NCBI GenBank assembly: GCA_000165345.1
Contig: CM000434.1
Span: 832,001 to 896,000 of the forward strand
DNA length: 64,000 bases
Direction: 5' to 3'
Part shown: one piece after another, positions 51,438 to 62,259 of the stretch
How the letters are laid out: each line of letters begins with the position of its first letter
Position numbering within the stretch: the stretch's first letter is position 1
Position numbers and translations under genes: made by a program
The notes under the pieces: model-generated
Database searches by the model: none
What the model saw: the letters and a program-made list of their open reading frames with translations, nothing else
What the model was told of the DNA's origin: nothing

Positions 51438-52787
51438 ATGAGTTACAATATTGACTGGCCAAGGCAGGATTCCATTGATAATATTGGTTGTTCATATGAA
51501 AACTTAAATTATGAACATAGATCAAGTACCGCATCTAATGGTGGGAAGAGCAGAGAAAATAGCATATATGCTAACACTGCGTTATTCGAAGATCATTTTT
51601 CCCCAAGACTTTCGGAGGGTCTGAACTCAATGAGATTTTCGGATATTGGGGATATGACAGAGGAAGAGTGGTAAGTTGAGAAGCAAACATTTGTTTCATC
51701 TAATACGTTATCTAATTATTATTATCATTATTATTCTAGGAATAAACAACAACAAAGACAAAACTCACAGAGATATGATGCTTTGTATATTGTAAGTGAG
51801 AAAGAAGAAGATATCATGAAGATGAAGGGTACTAAGGACAAGTTGAAATTCAAGGAAATTGGTAATGAATCAAGAAAAACCAATAAAGATTCAATTTCAG
51901 ACACTTCACTGGGATATATTTGTAGTTTGATATATAACTTCAGAAACAATAATACAATAAGAAGTAAACAGTCACAACTTACTTTATGGGAAATTATGAA
52001 ACAGTTTTACCTGATTAACAATTTATTTTTTATACTTAAAGTCTTAAAAACTTTAATTTCAAGTAATAAGACTCATAGACTAAGTCAAGATATGGGATGG
52101 GTTTCTTTTATGTGCCTATTATCAACTTTCATGACCAGTATATTGGCATATTTAACGAGATCATTCATATTTTATCATCGTATTGCTGATAAATATACAA
52201 ACAAGTTATTTTCACCTTTTCATGTTTATTGCCAAATAAGAAAAGTTGGTGACGAAATGCCTGAAGCTTTATTCATGCTGGAAAGAGTTAATTGGACTTA
52301 TACTTTAATAATGCATATATTGGAAGACATTCCCCAATTATTTGCATCTTCAATTTTCTTATCATACTATGGAAATGATTTTTATGCATTCTTCATGATC
52401 ACATGGAGTTCTTGTATGATCATTACAACTTCCATCAGAATGGGTATTTCTTATCCTCTTATTGGAACTTTAAGTCTTATTTTCTCCAGAAAACCTCCCG
52501 TTGATTCGCCTACTTTGAATGAAGCAACCACAACAACATTGCATTTTCCTCTGTTTATGGCTGCAATCACTTTTATTTGGGCAGTTTCAGATAGTTTATG
52601 TCTATATTTCACTCATGGTTTCTGGACTATCCTTTTTTATTTTGGTCTAACAGCAAATATTCTTGCATCTACATTGTTTATATTATATTATGTACATCTT
52701 TCTAAGCAAGCATCAGCATATACGCGCCAATTAAATTCACTTTATTTTACAGAAGACTTTAGCAGAATTCAGTCAAGACATTTTTAA
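51438..52787 (+). CDS. Multi-pass membrane protein, 2 exons (426 aa), no recognised family
   Basis: Exon 1 is 51438-51670. The intron is 51671-51739 (GTAAGT...TTCTAG). Exon 2 is 51740-52787 (233+1048=1281 nt). The splice regenerates a Trp codon and joins two stop-free frames. There are at least 6 hydrophobic segments in the C-terminal 250 aa. Confidence 0.6.
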
Positions 52788-52903
52788 GTTTTAGTATATT
52801 TTAGAAAAACTGGTAAAGTTATTGCAAGACTCAAGTCTATTTTCTTTATTGTCAGAAAATAGGCTAGCTAGGTTTTGAAATGAAAGTATGACGTGGTAAT
52901 ATT

Positions 52904-53533
52904 ATGCAAAGACTAACTCATGTAACTTGCTTTTTTCTAATTGTGTGTGGATGGGTAATTAATGTATTTTGGCCTTTTGTTGAAGGAATAGGAATAAGAG
53001 ACTTAGAAATTCATGGTACTTCAAAAAATAGTCAAAAAAATTCTTCTAATATTACATACTCTTGGTTTTTAGAAAATCCCAATGAGTTTGTAGAAGGAGA
53101 AAGTAGCAATAATGATACTAACTTAATAGGTACTTCGATACCATATAAAATTGAAGATGAAGATTATAAGTTAACTAAAGATACATCATATTATCAAAGA
53201 AAACATCATGATTTACTCTACTTAGATCAAGTTGGGATCTGGGTAAAGTTTCACGATTATGCCTCAAATGTTGATATATTAGTAGAAAGTACACAAACAA
53301 GAAATACTTTAACAGATTCTAGTCGCAAATATGGAAGATTGTTGGAAGATCAAATCAAAGGAAATCTAAGTAGAAATGGTTCAAATGAAGATCTTGGGTT
53401 ACACTCCTTAAGAAAAAATGGCAGGAAAAGTGGTTGGTGTTTGTTTCATTCATTTTTCCAAGTAGTTTCAAAAGATTGGTTGCTTGGCTGGAACTTTATA
53501 TGCAATTATTTTAAAGAATTCATACTGAAATAA
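52904..53533 (+). CDS. Hypothetical protein with N-terminal signal/anchor (209 aa)
   Basis: Single ORF from an ATG. The N-terminus is MQRLTHVTCFFLIVCGWVINVFWPFVEG. No recognised domain. Confidence 0.5.
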   Translation: MQRLTHVTCFFLIVCGWVINVFWPFVEGIGIRDLEIHGTSKNSQKNSSNITYSWFLENPNEFVEGESSNNDTNLIGTSIPYKIEDEDYKLTKDTSYYQRKHHDLLYLDQVGIWVKFHDYASNVDILVESTQTRNTLTDSSRKYGRLLEDQIKGNLSRNGSNEDLGLHSLRKNGRKSGWCLFHSFFQVVSKDWLLGWNFICNYFKEFILK

Positions 53534-54074
53534 TTGGATAACTTTAAAAATAACAAGTTAAAAGGGCAAATGTTTATTTAATATTTTGAAATGTATAGTT
53601 TATCTACAGTACAGAGCTCATTGTTTGAGTGATGAACTTTAAGTCTTGGCTAATGGGAGAAGCAGGAAAGTCAGAACAGGAAACAAAAGATTTAACTTCT
53701 TTAGAAAATTAAAATCTTTTTATTAGACAGATTAGGATAACTATTTCAGATAAATGTTTATAAACACCCATAAATTCCAGTAATATTTATGGAGATACGT
53801 GGTAGTGGCGATATGGTTGGCGGGCCATAAGAGGAAAAGTTATAAAATAACTCAAAGCAGATAAGCCAAAGAGTTGTTAATTAAGAGCGGAAAGATTAAG
53901 TACAATAAAAAGAAATAGAAATTTATGTTAGATGATGGAACATTAGAATTAGGAAATGTGTTGATTCAGTTTAATTCCTTTAAATTTTTTAATATCAAAT
54001 TTGCATGTAAATTTTTTTTTTATCAAATAATTCAGTATCGATAATATATAAATTTATGCTTGGAATTTAGCCAA

Positions 54075-54111
54075 AAAGGCGCCAACCAGGCTTGCATGTC
54101 TCGTATTCGAG
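54075..54111. promoter_or_regulatory. GGCGCCA plus CATGTCTCGTATTCGAG element upstream of GAPDH
   Basis: AAAAGGCGCCAA lies at 54075-54086 and CATGTCTCGTATTCGAG at 54095-54111, which is 272 bp before the GAPDH ATG. It matches 15 of 17 positions of the RPS30 upstream element. Confidence 0.5.
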
Positions 54112-54324
54112 TATACTAAGGATAGTATATTATATTGGATATTGGGGGAATTAATAATATAAAAAAGATAGGCGCATGGACAGAGAGGATACTGCACACC
54201 AATATTGTATATATAAAGAAATAACCCACTTTATTTAGTTGAATCTTAGATAGATAAACTAATATTTTCGATATTTCTTAATTTTTTTTTTAAAAATTTG
54301 GAAGTGAAGCAAAACTTTTGCTAA

Positions 54325-55386
<1,062 letters not shown>

Positions 55387-55879
55387 ACTAGAACTTAAAG
55401 ATAAGTAAGAACGGAGTAAAACTTTTCGATACATAAACTCTCAAATTGGCATCATTTTATCGGCAATTGTTTTGCAAACCCTTTCAATGTCAACATGTTT
55501 TTCTCTGGCGCAAGCTACCATCTATCTCAATCGGATTTAAACATAAATGCCAACTTTCCCTGCTTCAAATCATCCTCTGCCACCACAGTTCTCTCGACTA
55601 CTCGTAGGGAAATACTGATGTTAAATTGCTAGCGTTGAAAGTGGTTCTTTGGGGGGTCCAGGGAGTTAGCGAGTTGTGTGTAAATGAACATTTACTACCA
55701 AGACTTACTATCGCATGCAGTTTAATCGCCTTTGAAGACTTTCTTCATTATTAGTGTCAAATAGTTTATTTCTCTGTTAATCGAAATGTTAATTACTCAA
55801 TTTCAATCTCAATTAGACCCTTTTTTCTCGAAAAATCGATCTGAGCTTTACTTCATTTAGTTTAATGTTTAGGAGCGAA

Positions 55880-56018
55880 CTGTCCACATAAAATTAGTCA
55901 AGCATTACGTATATTGCTATTATGCTTTGCATGAATGGGGGGCGAAATAGTATTTTTTTATACCGGTATGCAAGTGGAGTGCAAAGAAATTACTAATTTG
56001 CATGTTTTTGGCGCCAAA
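55880..56018. promoter_or_regulatory. Composite motif module (instance 10) ending in the 12-bp palindrome TTTGGCGCCAAA
   Basis: CTGTCCACATA 55880-55890; ATTACGTAT 55904-55912; TTTGCATGA 55927-55935; TATACCGGTATGCA 55959-55972; TTTGCATGT 55998-56006; TTTGGCGCCAAA 56007-56018. The module lies 217-355 bp upstream of the hexokinase ATG. Confidence 0.55.
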
Positions 56019-56234
56019 GTTTGTGAAAAATTTCTGAATTTATTAATTATTTAGAATTATCATTTAATATAAATTAATAAAGTTATTGGTAGAAATTAGT
56101 AAGTGTGATATAAGTATCAGTATAATTGAACGGTCTGATTAATATTTCTGAGCAAGGTAAAGATAGAAAAGAAATAAATTAGAAATTTACGACTATAATA
56201 TAAATATATATAATTAAATTAAAACAAAGCTAAA

Positions 56235-57791
56235 ATGGAAGAGGAAAATCAAGCCAAGAGGCTGTTTGATTTATATGAAGAATATTTTTTCCTTTCAAAT
56301 TTAAAGCTGCTGGAGTTGGTTGATGATTTTCACAAATCTTTAGAAGACGGACTTGAAAATCACGCAAATCGACTAAAAATTGACAAATACCATTCCAATT
56401 ACAAGCCTTTTAAAATGTTAGACTCTTGTGTTGATAGACTTCCAACTGGGAAGGAAAAAGGAGTTTATTATGCTATTGATATGGGTGGCACTAATTTACG
56501 ATGTGTTAGAGTAAATTTACTTGGTAATGGCCAAAGTGAAACAAAATTTAAAAAGGTTAAATTGTCAGAAATGAAAGTGTCTTCTACTGGGAAGGTTGTA
56601 AATAGCAACAAAATTTCCAAAGTTGATCAAGAAGTCAATATTTTTGATAAAACTGTATCTTCAGAAACAATGTTTAATTCAATTGCAGTTTTCTTTAATG
56701 AGTTTTTGGATGAATGTGGCGACTTAAATGATTTGACCAATGATAATAATGTAGGCAATCTCCCATTAGAAGTTGGCTTCACCTTTTCTTTTCCTATCGT
56801 GCAATCTAAAATTGCAAGTGCAAAACTGGTAATATGGACAAAAGAAATTGAAACAGGTAGATTAACTGATGATCCTGTTGAAGGAAAAGATATTGGTGAT
56901 TTATTGAATTTAGCCTTTAAAAGAAATGGAGTACCAGCTCAATGTAAATGCGTTTTAAATGATACAGTTGGAACCCTTATATCAGCAATGTATGATTTAA
57001 ATATTAATAATTATTGCGACAATAACCACTCTTTAAAAGTTAATTTTCCAAATAATATATCTGAAAATCAACCATTAATTGGAATTGTGGTTGGAACTGG
57101 AGTAAATGCTTGCTACCTTGAACCAAATTCTTCAAATTTTGGTTATAAAGGAGTTATTATTAATACAGAGTGTGGAGACTTTTATTCAACCAAATTACCC
57201 ATAACTGATTGTGATTACTCTATGGATTGGTTTAGTGATAATAGAGGAGAACAGATATTTGAAAAAATGATTAGTGGAACTTATTTAGGAGAAATCTCTC
57301 GGTTATTAATTATCAATTTTTTAAAAAACAAAACTCCAGAGATTTTCTTCCAAAAGAATTCATTAAAAACTGAACATATTGCCAAAATTATTAGCCATTT
57401 CAATGATAATCATCAAAAATATAACCAAAACCATGATTTAAAGTCTATTGAAAATTATTTAAAGGAAACATTTTCTTCAAATCTTGATCATAATTCCACT
57501 TATATTATTGCAAAAATATCACAGATGGTACTCATGAGAGCAGCATCTCTTGTCTCAGCCATTATTGCTGCATTTTTCAAAAGGTTTAATAAGCCACGCA
57601 ATCAAATTACCATTGCCATAGATGGATCAGTTTGGACTAAAATACCCAAATTCCAAAAATACGTTAAAGATTCACTCTCATCTTTGATTCAAGAGAGCGG
57701 ATATCTTGGCTCAATACATTTTTATGAATCAGATGATGGATCTGGAAGAGGTGCTGCTATTCTTGCTAGCACTACAGTCAATACACATTGA
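56235..57791 (+). CDS. HK: Hexokinase
   Basis: 518-aa ORF. It has hexokinase signatures YYAIDMGGTNLRCVRV (phosphate-1), GFTFSFP, LNDTVGTL, GIVVGTGVNACY, TECGDF (as in E.G.F), ISGTYLGEI and a C-terminal DGSGRGAA. Confidence 0.92.
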   Translation: MEEENQAKRLFDLYEEYFFLSNLKLLELVDDFHKSLEDGLENHANRLKIDKYHSNYKPFKMLDSCVDRLPTGKEKGVYYAIDMGGTNLRCVRVNLLGNGQSETKFKKVKLSEMKVSSTGKVVNSNKISKVDQEVNIFDKTVSSETMFNSIAVFFNEFLDECGDLNDLTNDNNVGNLPLEVGFTFSFPIVQSKIASAKLVIWTKEIETGRLTDDPVEGKDIGDLLNLAFKRNGVPAQCKCVLNDTVGTLISAMYDLNINNYCDNNHSLKVNFPNNISENQPLIGIVVGTGVNACYLEPNSSNFGYKGVIINTECGDFYSTKLPITDCDYSMDWFSDNRGEQIFEKMISGTYLGEISRLLIINFLKNKTPEIFFQKNSLKTEHIAKIISHFNDNHQKYNQNHDLKSIENYLKETFSSNLDHNSTYIIAKISQMVLMRAASLVSAIIAAFFKRFNKPRNQITIAIDGSVWTKIPKFQKYVKDSLSSLIQESGYLGSIHFYESDDGSGRGAAILASTTVNTH

Positions 57792-57932
57792 CCTTTTTAT
57801 AGTCCATCCTACTTTTTTGTAATTTCATTTCCGGTCATTTATTGTTTATACTTATTGTTCTTATTCATTGAAAATAATAGTAATTAATTCATCTTATTCA
57901 GATTTGTACATGCCAATGTTCATAGAAATAAC

Positions 57933-57960
57933 AAAAATTTGGCGCGCGCGCCAAATTTTT
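57933..57960. promoter_or_regulatory. 28-bp perfect palindrome AAAAATTTGGCGCGCGCGCCAAATTTTT
   Basis: The sequence is self-complementary over all 28 nt with a (GC)-alternating core. It lies 142 bp after the hexokinase stop and 225 bp before the CFIm25 ATG. Confidence 0.55.
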
Positions 57961-58184
57961 ATTTTATTTAGAATTTAAAGAATTTCAATATTAATTTAAG
58001 GTTTTATTCTCAATATTTTTTTTTTTTTAATTAATAAATACCTTTTAAAGTTTAAATAATCCATTTGTTTGAAGTTGGAGTCCATTCTTGGCAGATATTT
58101 CTGCATAGATCTTTTAGGTCATAATTAATTTTAATCTTTAATTGAAAGTATTTTTTATGCACATTTTTTTGAATCTTTATACAA

Positions 58185-59018
58185 ATGCAGGAGGGTTCGA
58201 ATAATGTTAGTAACAATCTGATGAACGATAATAAAATTGAGGAGGATGTTTTAGAGCAGCCAACATTTTTAACAAACCAAAGTCTTTTGAACGAAGAGCA
58301 GAGTATGGCTACAAACGTTGATCATGAACCATCATGGTTAATTTATCCATTGAAGAATTATGGAATTCGAGTTCAAGATAATAGTGACGAAATTCAATCA
58401 AGTATCCCAATTAATGAAATGAATGGGTTTAATGTAAAGGTTGATAACTTTTTAAAAGATGGAATTGGACGTAGCGTTGCTGCATTAATGCTTACTCATC
58501 GTTATTTATGTCCACATGTAGTTTTACTTCAGAATGATTTAACGAGTGAATGGATGCTTCCAAATTGTACTTATAAGGCCTGGGAAAATCCTCGCATAGT
58601 ATTAGCAAACTTTTTAAAGTCAATGTTCCTTACAAGTTCGAGCATTAATAGTAATACTAATAACAGTGGAAGTAATAATGGCAATAATAATAGCTCGACA
58701 AATAATAACAATATAAATAATGCTTGTTCTGATAATGCAGTGGAAGTTGGGGAATACTTGGGAACTTGGTGGAGAACTGAGTTTAATTATTCTCCTTTGC
58801 CTTATTTACCTCCCCATTCAACAAGGCCCAAAGAAACAATAAGGATTTACCAGGTTATTCTTCCTCCAAAATTGCTATTTAAATTACCAAAGCACCATGT
58901 GTTAAAGAGCTTACCTCTGTTTGATTTGGACCCAAATATATTTGGAATAGCATGCGGTAGTATTCCCCAGCTTATTTCAAGATTTCAAATTCAATCAATG
59001 GTTCAGTCGGATAATTAG
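58185..59018 (+). CDS. NUDT21: Cleavage factor Im 25-kDa subunit (CFIm25 / NUDT21, Nudix fold)
   Basis: 277-aa ORF. It has YPLKNYGI, GRSVAALMLTHRYLCPHVVLLQ, GTWWRTEFNYSPLPYLPPHSTRPKETIRIYQVILP and LPLFDL...GSIPQLISRFQI, collinear with the conserved CFIm25 blocks. An Asn-rich insertion is present. Confidence 0.85.
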   Translation: MQEGSNNVSNNLMNDNKIEEDVLEQPTFLTNQSLLNEEQSMATNVDHEPSWLIYPLKNYGIRVQDNSDEIQSSIPINEMNGFNVKVDNFLKDGIGRSVAALMLTHRYLCPHVVLLQNDLTSEWMLPNCTYKAWENPRIVLANFLKSMFLTSSSINSNTNNSGSNNGNNNSSTNNNNINNACSDNAVEVGEYLGTWWRTEFNYSPLPYLPPHSTRPKETIRIYQVILPPKLLFKLPKHHVLKSLPLFDLDPNIFGIACGSIPQLISRFQIQSMVQSDN

Positions 59019-59141
59019 AATTTATATTGAAAAGTTATTTTATTATTAGTAAAAGAAATAGATTTTGCTACATAATATTTTATATTATTCTCTTTTTGAT
59101 CGATTATGATAATAATCAATTTATTATTTTTATTAAATATA

Positions 59142-60545
59142 TTAATAAATAATAAATAGTAGCAGGCTGAGGATAATGGTTATTCCAAATGTAGCCATTT
59201 TAAGAACAGATTCTGAATTGGATGATAATGAGATGAACATAGGCCCATATTTACTATGTTTTGCCAATGTGAAGCCCACCATTAGGTTATCTCTATCAAA
59301 TATTGAGTAGTACTTTCGAATGAAGTTATTTCCAAGTACAAAAAGTGGACCTCTAGGAGCTGGAATATCAAGAGGGATATATCCAATGCTACAATAATGT
59401 TCTTGCGGGCCCCAATAATAGCTAAAAGCATTAAATGATGAAGGCCCTCCTTCATCAATTACATAGTCTTGAGGATCCATATGCATTTCTATCTCATTTC
59501 CATGAATATCTTCTATCACATAAGTTATTCTAGGAGAAGATAGATATCTATTACATTCTCCCTCCATGGGTATAACTTTGGTGATCTTTCTCATAAAACT
59601 ACTTGGGGCTGTGGAGACAGATGAACCAGTATCTATAGCTGCCTTGCAGTCCCCGAAGCAATAGTTCGTGCTAACCCCATTAATCTTTATATCTTTGATC
59701 TTGATTTCCCAGTAATGAGACCCAGTAAGTCGATGCCAGGTTATTTTTTGACCACTTATTGTGTATTTAGGATCAGCAGCTCCAAAAGAAATTGAACCTG
59801 GAGTACTTGAATCTCTGGAAATGTAAACTCCAAAAAGATTTCTTGGTAAAATGTTTCGTTCTTTAATATTCTCAACAATTGTTGGGATATTATTTTTTTT
59901 ACTGTTCTTATCTGGAAATCCAAGTCCTACCAAACCATCGAATGGTAATTCAGCAAAAGGAGATGTACTTTCCTCAATAGCCATCCCGAAAGACTGATCT
60001 TCTATCTTCAGCTTTCCAATATTTATGACTTCTTTACCAAACTTTAACACACAAGAACCCGTACCATATTGGATATATGTCTCCAATGATCCATCCCCCA
60101 ATTTTTGATAAGAGGTACTCAACTTTGGATCATACTTGTTGTGGGGCTCACAACCTTTATGCTTACATTCAATACTTGGAATCCATACACTGGAGCTTCC
60201 TGTATCAAAAATGACAACGAACTCTCTTGGAGGCGTTCCCACCTCAATTTTACCAAAATATTGACTATTTTGGTAATTTCTAAGATCCTGAGAGTCCATT
60301 GTCTCTGAATACTTACTCTTGGTAATCCACCTTGAAAAATAGTTGCCTTCTGAATATTTCATTCCTCCCTCAGATAGACTTAATTTTAACTCAACTTTTT
60401 GAGCATTTGAATTAAATAAGCCATTACTTAGTATAGCCTCCATTCCTAACTCTGCCCTAGCATTTGACCTAATCTTGTTTGATAATCCTTCACAAAAAGC
60501 TGATATTTTCAGCATCATTAAAATAAAAAACACTTGAAACACCAT
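59142..60545 (-). CDS. Pepsin-family (A1) aspartyl protease with signal peptide and C-terminal TM segment
   Basis: 467-aa ORF. The N-terminus is MVFQVFFILMMLKISAFCEG. The two catalytic motifs are VVIFDTGSSSVWIPS and AAIDTGSSVSTAP. YFGKIEVGTPPREF is cathepsin-D/plasmepsin-like. The terminal hydrophobic segment is MATFGITIILSLLLFIIY. Confidence 0.88.
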   Translation of the reverse strand: MVFQVFFILMMLKISAFCEGLSNKIRSNARAELGMEAILSNGLFNSNAQKVELKLSLSEGGMKYSEGNYFSRWITKSKYSETMDSQDLRNYQNSQYFGKIEVGTPPREFVVIFDTGSSSVWIPSIECKHKGCEPHNKYDPKLSTSYQKLGDGSLETYIQYGTGSCVLKFGKEVINIGKLKIEDQSFGMAIEESTSPFAELPFDGLVGLGFPDKNSKKNNIPTIVENIKERNILPRNLFGVYISRDSSTPGSISFGAADPKYTISGQKITWHRLTGSHYWEIKIKDIKINGVSTNYCFGDCKAAIDTGSSVSTAPSSFMRKITKVIPMEGECNRYLSSPRITYVIEDIHGNEIEMHMDPQDYVIDEGGPSSFNAFSYYWGPQEHYCSIGYIPLDIPAPRGPLFVLGNNFIRKYYSIFDRDNLMVGFTLAKHSKYGPMFISLSSNSESVLKMATFGITIILSLLLFIIY

Positions 60546-60789
60546 CTTGTATGTTGCACACTACTACGTTAAACTCTCTTTTATTTTATTTTGAATCTCA
60601 TTAGTTCTTTACACTTTAATTTCTCTTTAATTAATGTTTGTTTCAGAGTAGCTCCTACCTATATTGATGATTTGCAATTACTTTATTTTATTATTATTAT
60701 ATATACATGTAAATATTTACATATATATCTATATATATTTTTTTTTTGGTTTGAATTACATGTAATTATTGACTTTTCATGTTTTTTTA

Positions 60790-60870
60790 TTTGCATGTAA
60801 ACACCGGTACGTGGCCTCTAGCAATAACCACGTAATAGGCGGTAAAAAAGCCAACCATTTGCCGCCAAAA
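60790..60870. promoter_or_regulatory. Composite motif module (instance 11)
   Basis: TTTGCATGTAAACACCGGTACGTGG 60790-60814; ACCACGTAAT 60827-60836; TAGGCGGTAAAA 60836-60847; TTGCCGCCAAAA 60859-60870. The module lies in a divergent intergenic region, 245 bp from the protease ATG and about 330 bp from the Rab1 ATG. Confidence 0.5.
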
Positions 60871-61198
60871 TACAGATAGCATGCTAATTATTTAAAATTT
60901 TGTAAGATTGCGGATTTTAAGGCAAATTAAAAGGAGGCAGGCTTTAATTTAAATAAGCTTCATGACAAAAAGTTGAGAAGAAAGAGATCTTATTTTTATT
61001 GAATATTTGTGTGTGTCTTTTCTCTTTTCAAAAGTATATTTGTCTCGAGAGAAAATTGAGATTATTCAGGAATAAAGTTGGTTTGTTTGAGGCATTTTGA
61101 TAAATAAAAGGAATAAGGGGTGTATAATATTCTCAAAATTAGAATATCATATACGCACACAGACATATTTGTTTATTTATTTACATATCAGGGTAAAG

Positions 61199-62095
61199 AT
61201 GTCAGCAGTTAGACAAAAGGAATAGTAAGTTGAGTATTTTTGGGCAAAGCGGGTATATTCATAACATGAGATAAAGATTGATTTTTGAAGTAAATATGAG
61301 GTGGAATATAATAGTGTAGATCTCATAAGTTTCTTGGCTTTTGCTCAGATCAGCTATTGGATGGCAAAATTCTAACATTATTAATTCATTTTTAGCGATT
61401 TTCTGTTCAAATTGGTTCTTATTGGAGATAGTGGAGTCGGAAAATCTTGCCTATTATTGAGATTTGCAGTAAGTTTTTACTTAAATTCAGGCAAATGTTC
61501 ATTCTTTGCCTAAATTCTATATTAGAGCGCAAAGTAATTTTCTTTTACTTAACAGGATGATTCTTTTACTGACAGCTATATCACTACAATTGGTGTGGAT
61601 TTCCGATTCAGAACTATCAAAATTGATGATAAAATAATAAAATTACAAATCTGGGATACTGCAGGACAAGAAAGGTTTAGAACCATTACTTCAGCATACT
61701 ACAGAGGTGCTGATGGAGTAGTACTTGTATATGATACAACTTCAACTTCATCTTTTGACCACATTGACGAGTGGGTAACTGAAGTTAACCGTTATACAAC
61801 CGACTCCACAAAAATCCTTATTGGAAACAAGTGCGATTTAACCTCACAGAAGATGGTTGACTTTGCTACCGGACAAAAAAAAGCTCAAGAGCTTCAAGTT
61901 GATTTCATGGAATCGAGCGCCAAAAATTCTACTAATGTCGAAGAATGCTTTGTAAACATAGCAAGAAAACTTCTAGAGAAAAAGCTGAAGAATGGCGAAA
62001 CTTCATCCAAACCCATTAATTCCCAGAATATCTACTTAAACCAGCATGGAGATGGTGGTTTAATTTCAGGTGTACTTTCTTCTTGTTGTAAGTAA
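61199..62095 (+). CDS. RAB1: Rab1-family small GTPase, 3 exons (212 aa)
   Basis: Exons are 61199-61224, 61396-61468 and 61556-62095 (26+73+540=639 nt). Both donors are GTAAGT and both acceptors are AG. The spliced product is [85 protein letters not shown]...GNKCDL...SAK.... It restores the P-loop and the Rab1 effector region YISTIGVDF, and ends in CCK for prenylation. Confidence 0.9.
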
Positions 62096-62119
62096 TTTAA
62101 AATGATCCGTTAAATTTAG

Positions 62120-62132
62120 ATGGCGCCAAATT
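62120..62132. promoter_or_regulatory. E2F-type site ATGGCGCCAAATT
   Basis: Read directly. It lies 25 bp after the Rab1 stop and 128 bp before the ATG at 62260. Confidence 0.4.
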
Positions 62133-62259
62133 CAAATAGAATAGTCTTGAATTTACAAATTCATTGAATACCAAAGGATTGCCAATATTAGTAAATTTCT
62201 TTAAGTAAACTCATTTTTTGAAACAATTTCTGTTATCTAATTGTATATAATGTACTAAT

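Noticed and set aside
53629-53635. GTGATGA (C-box-like) in the spacer upstream of GAPDH, considered as a box C/D snoRNA
   Set aside because: I found no matching CTGA D box at an appropriate distance and no terminal stem, so the evidence is insufficient.
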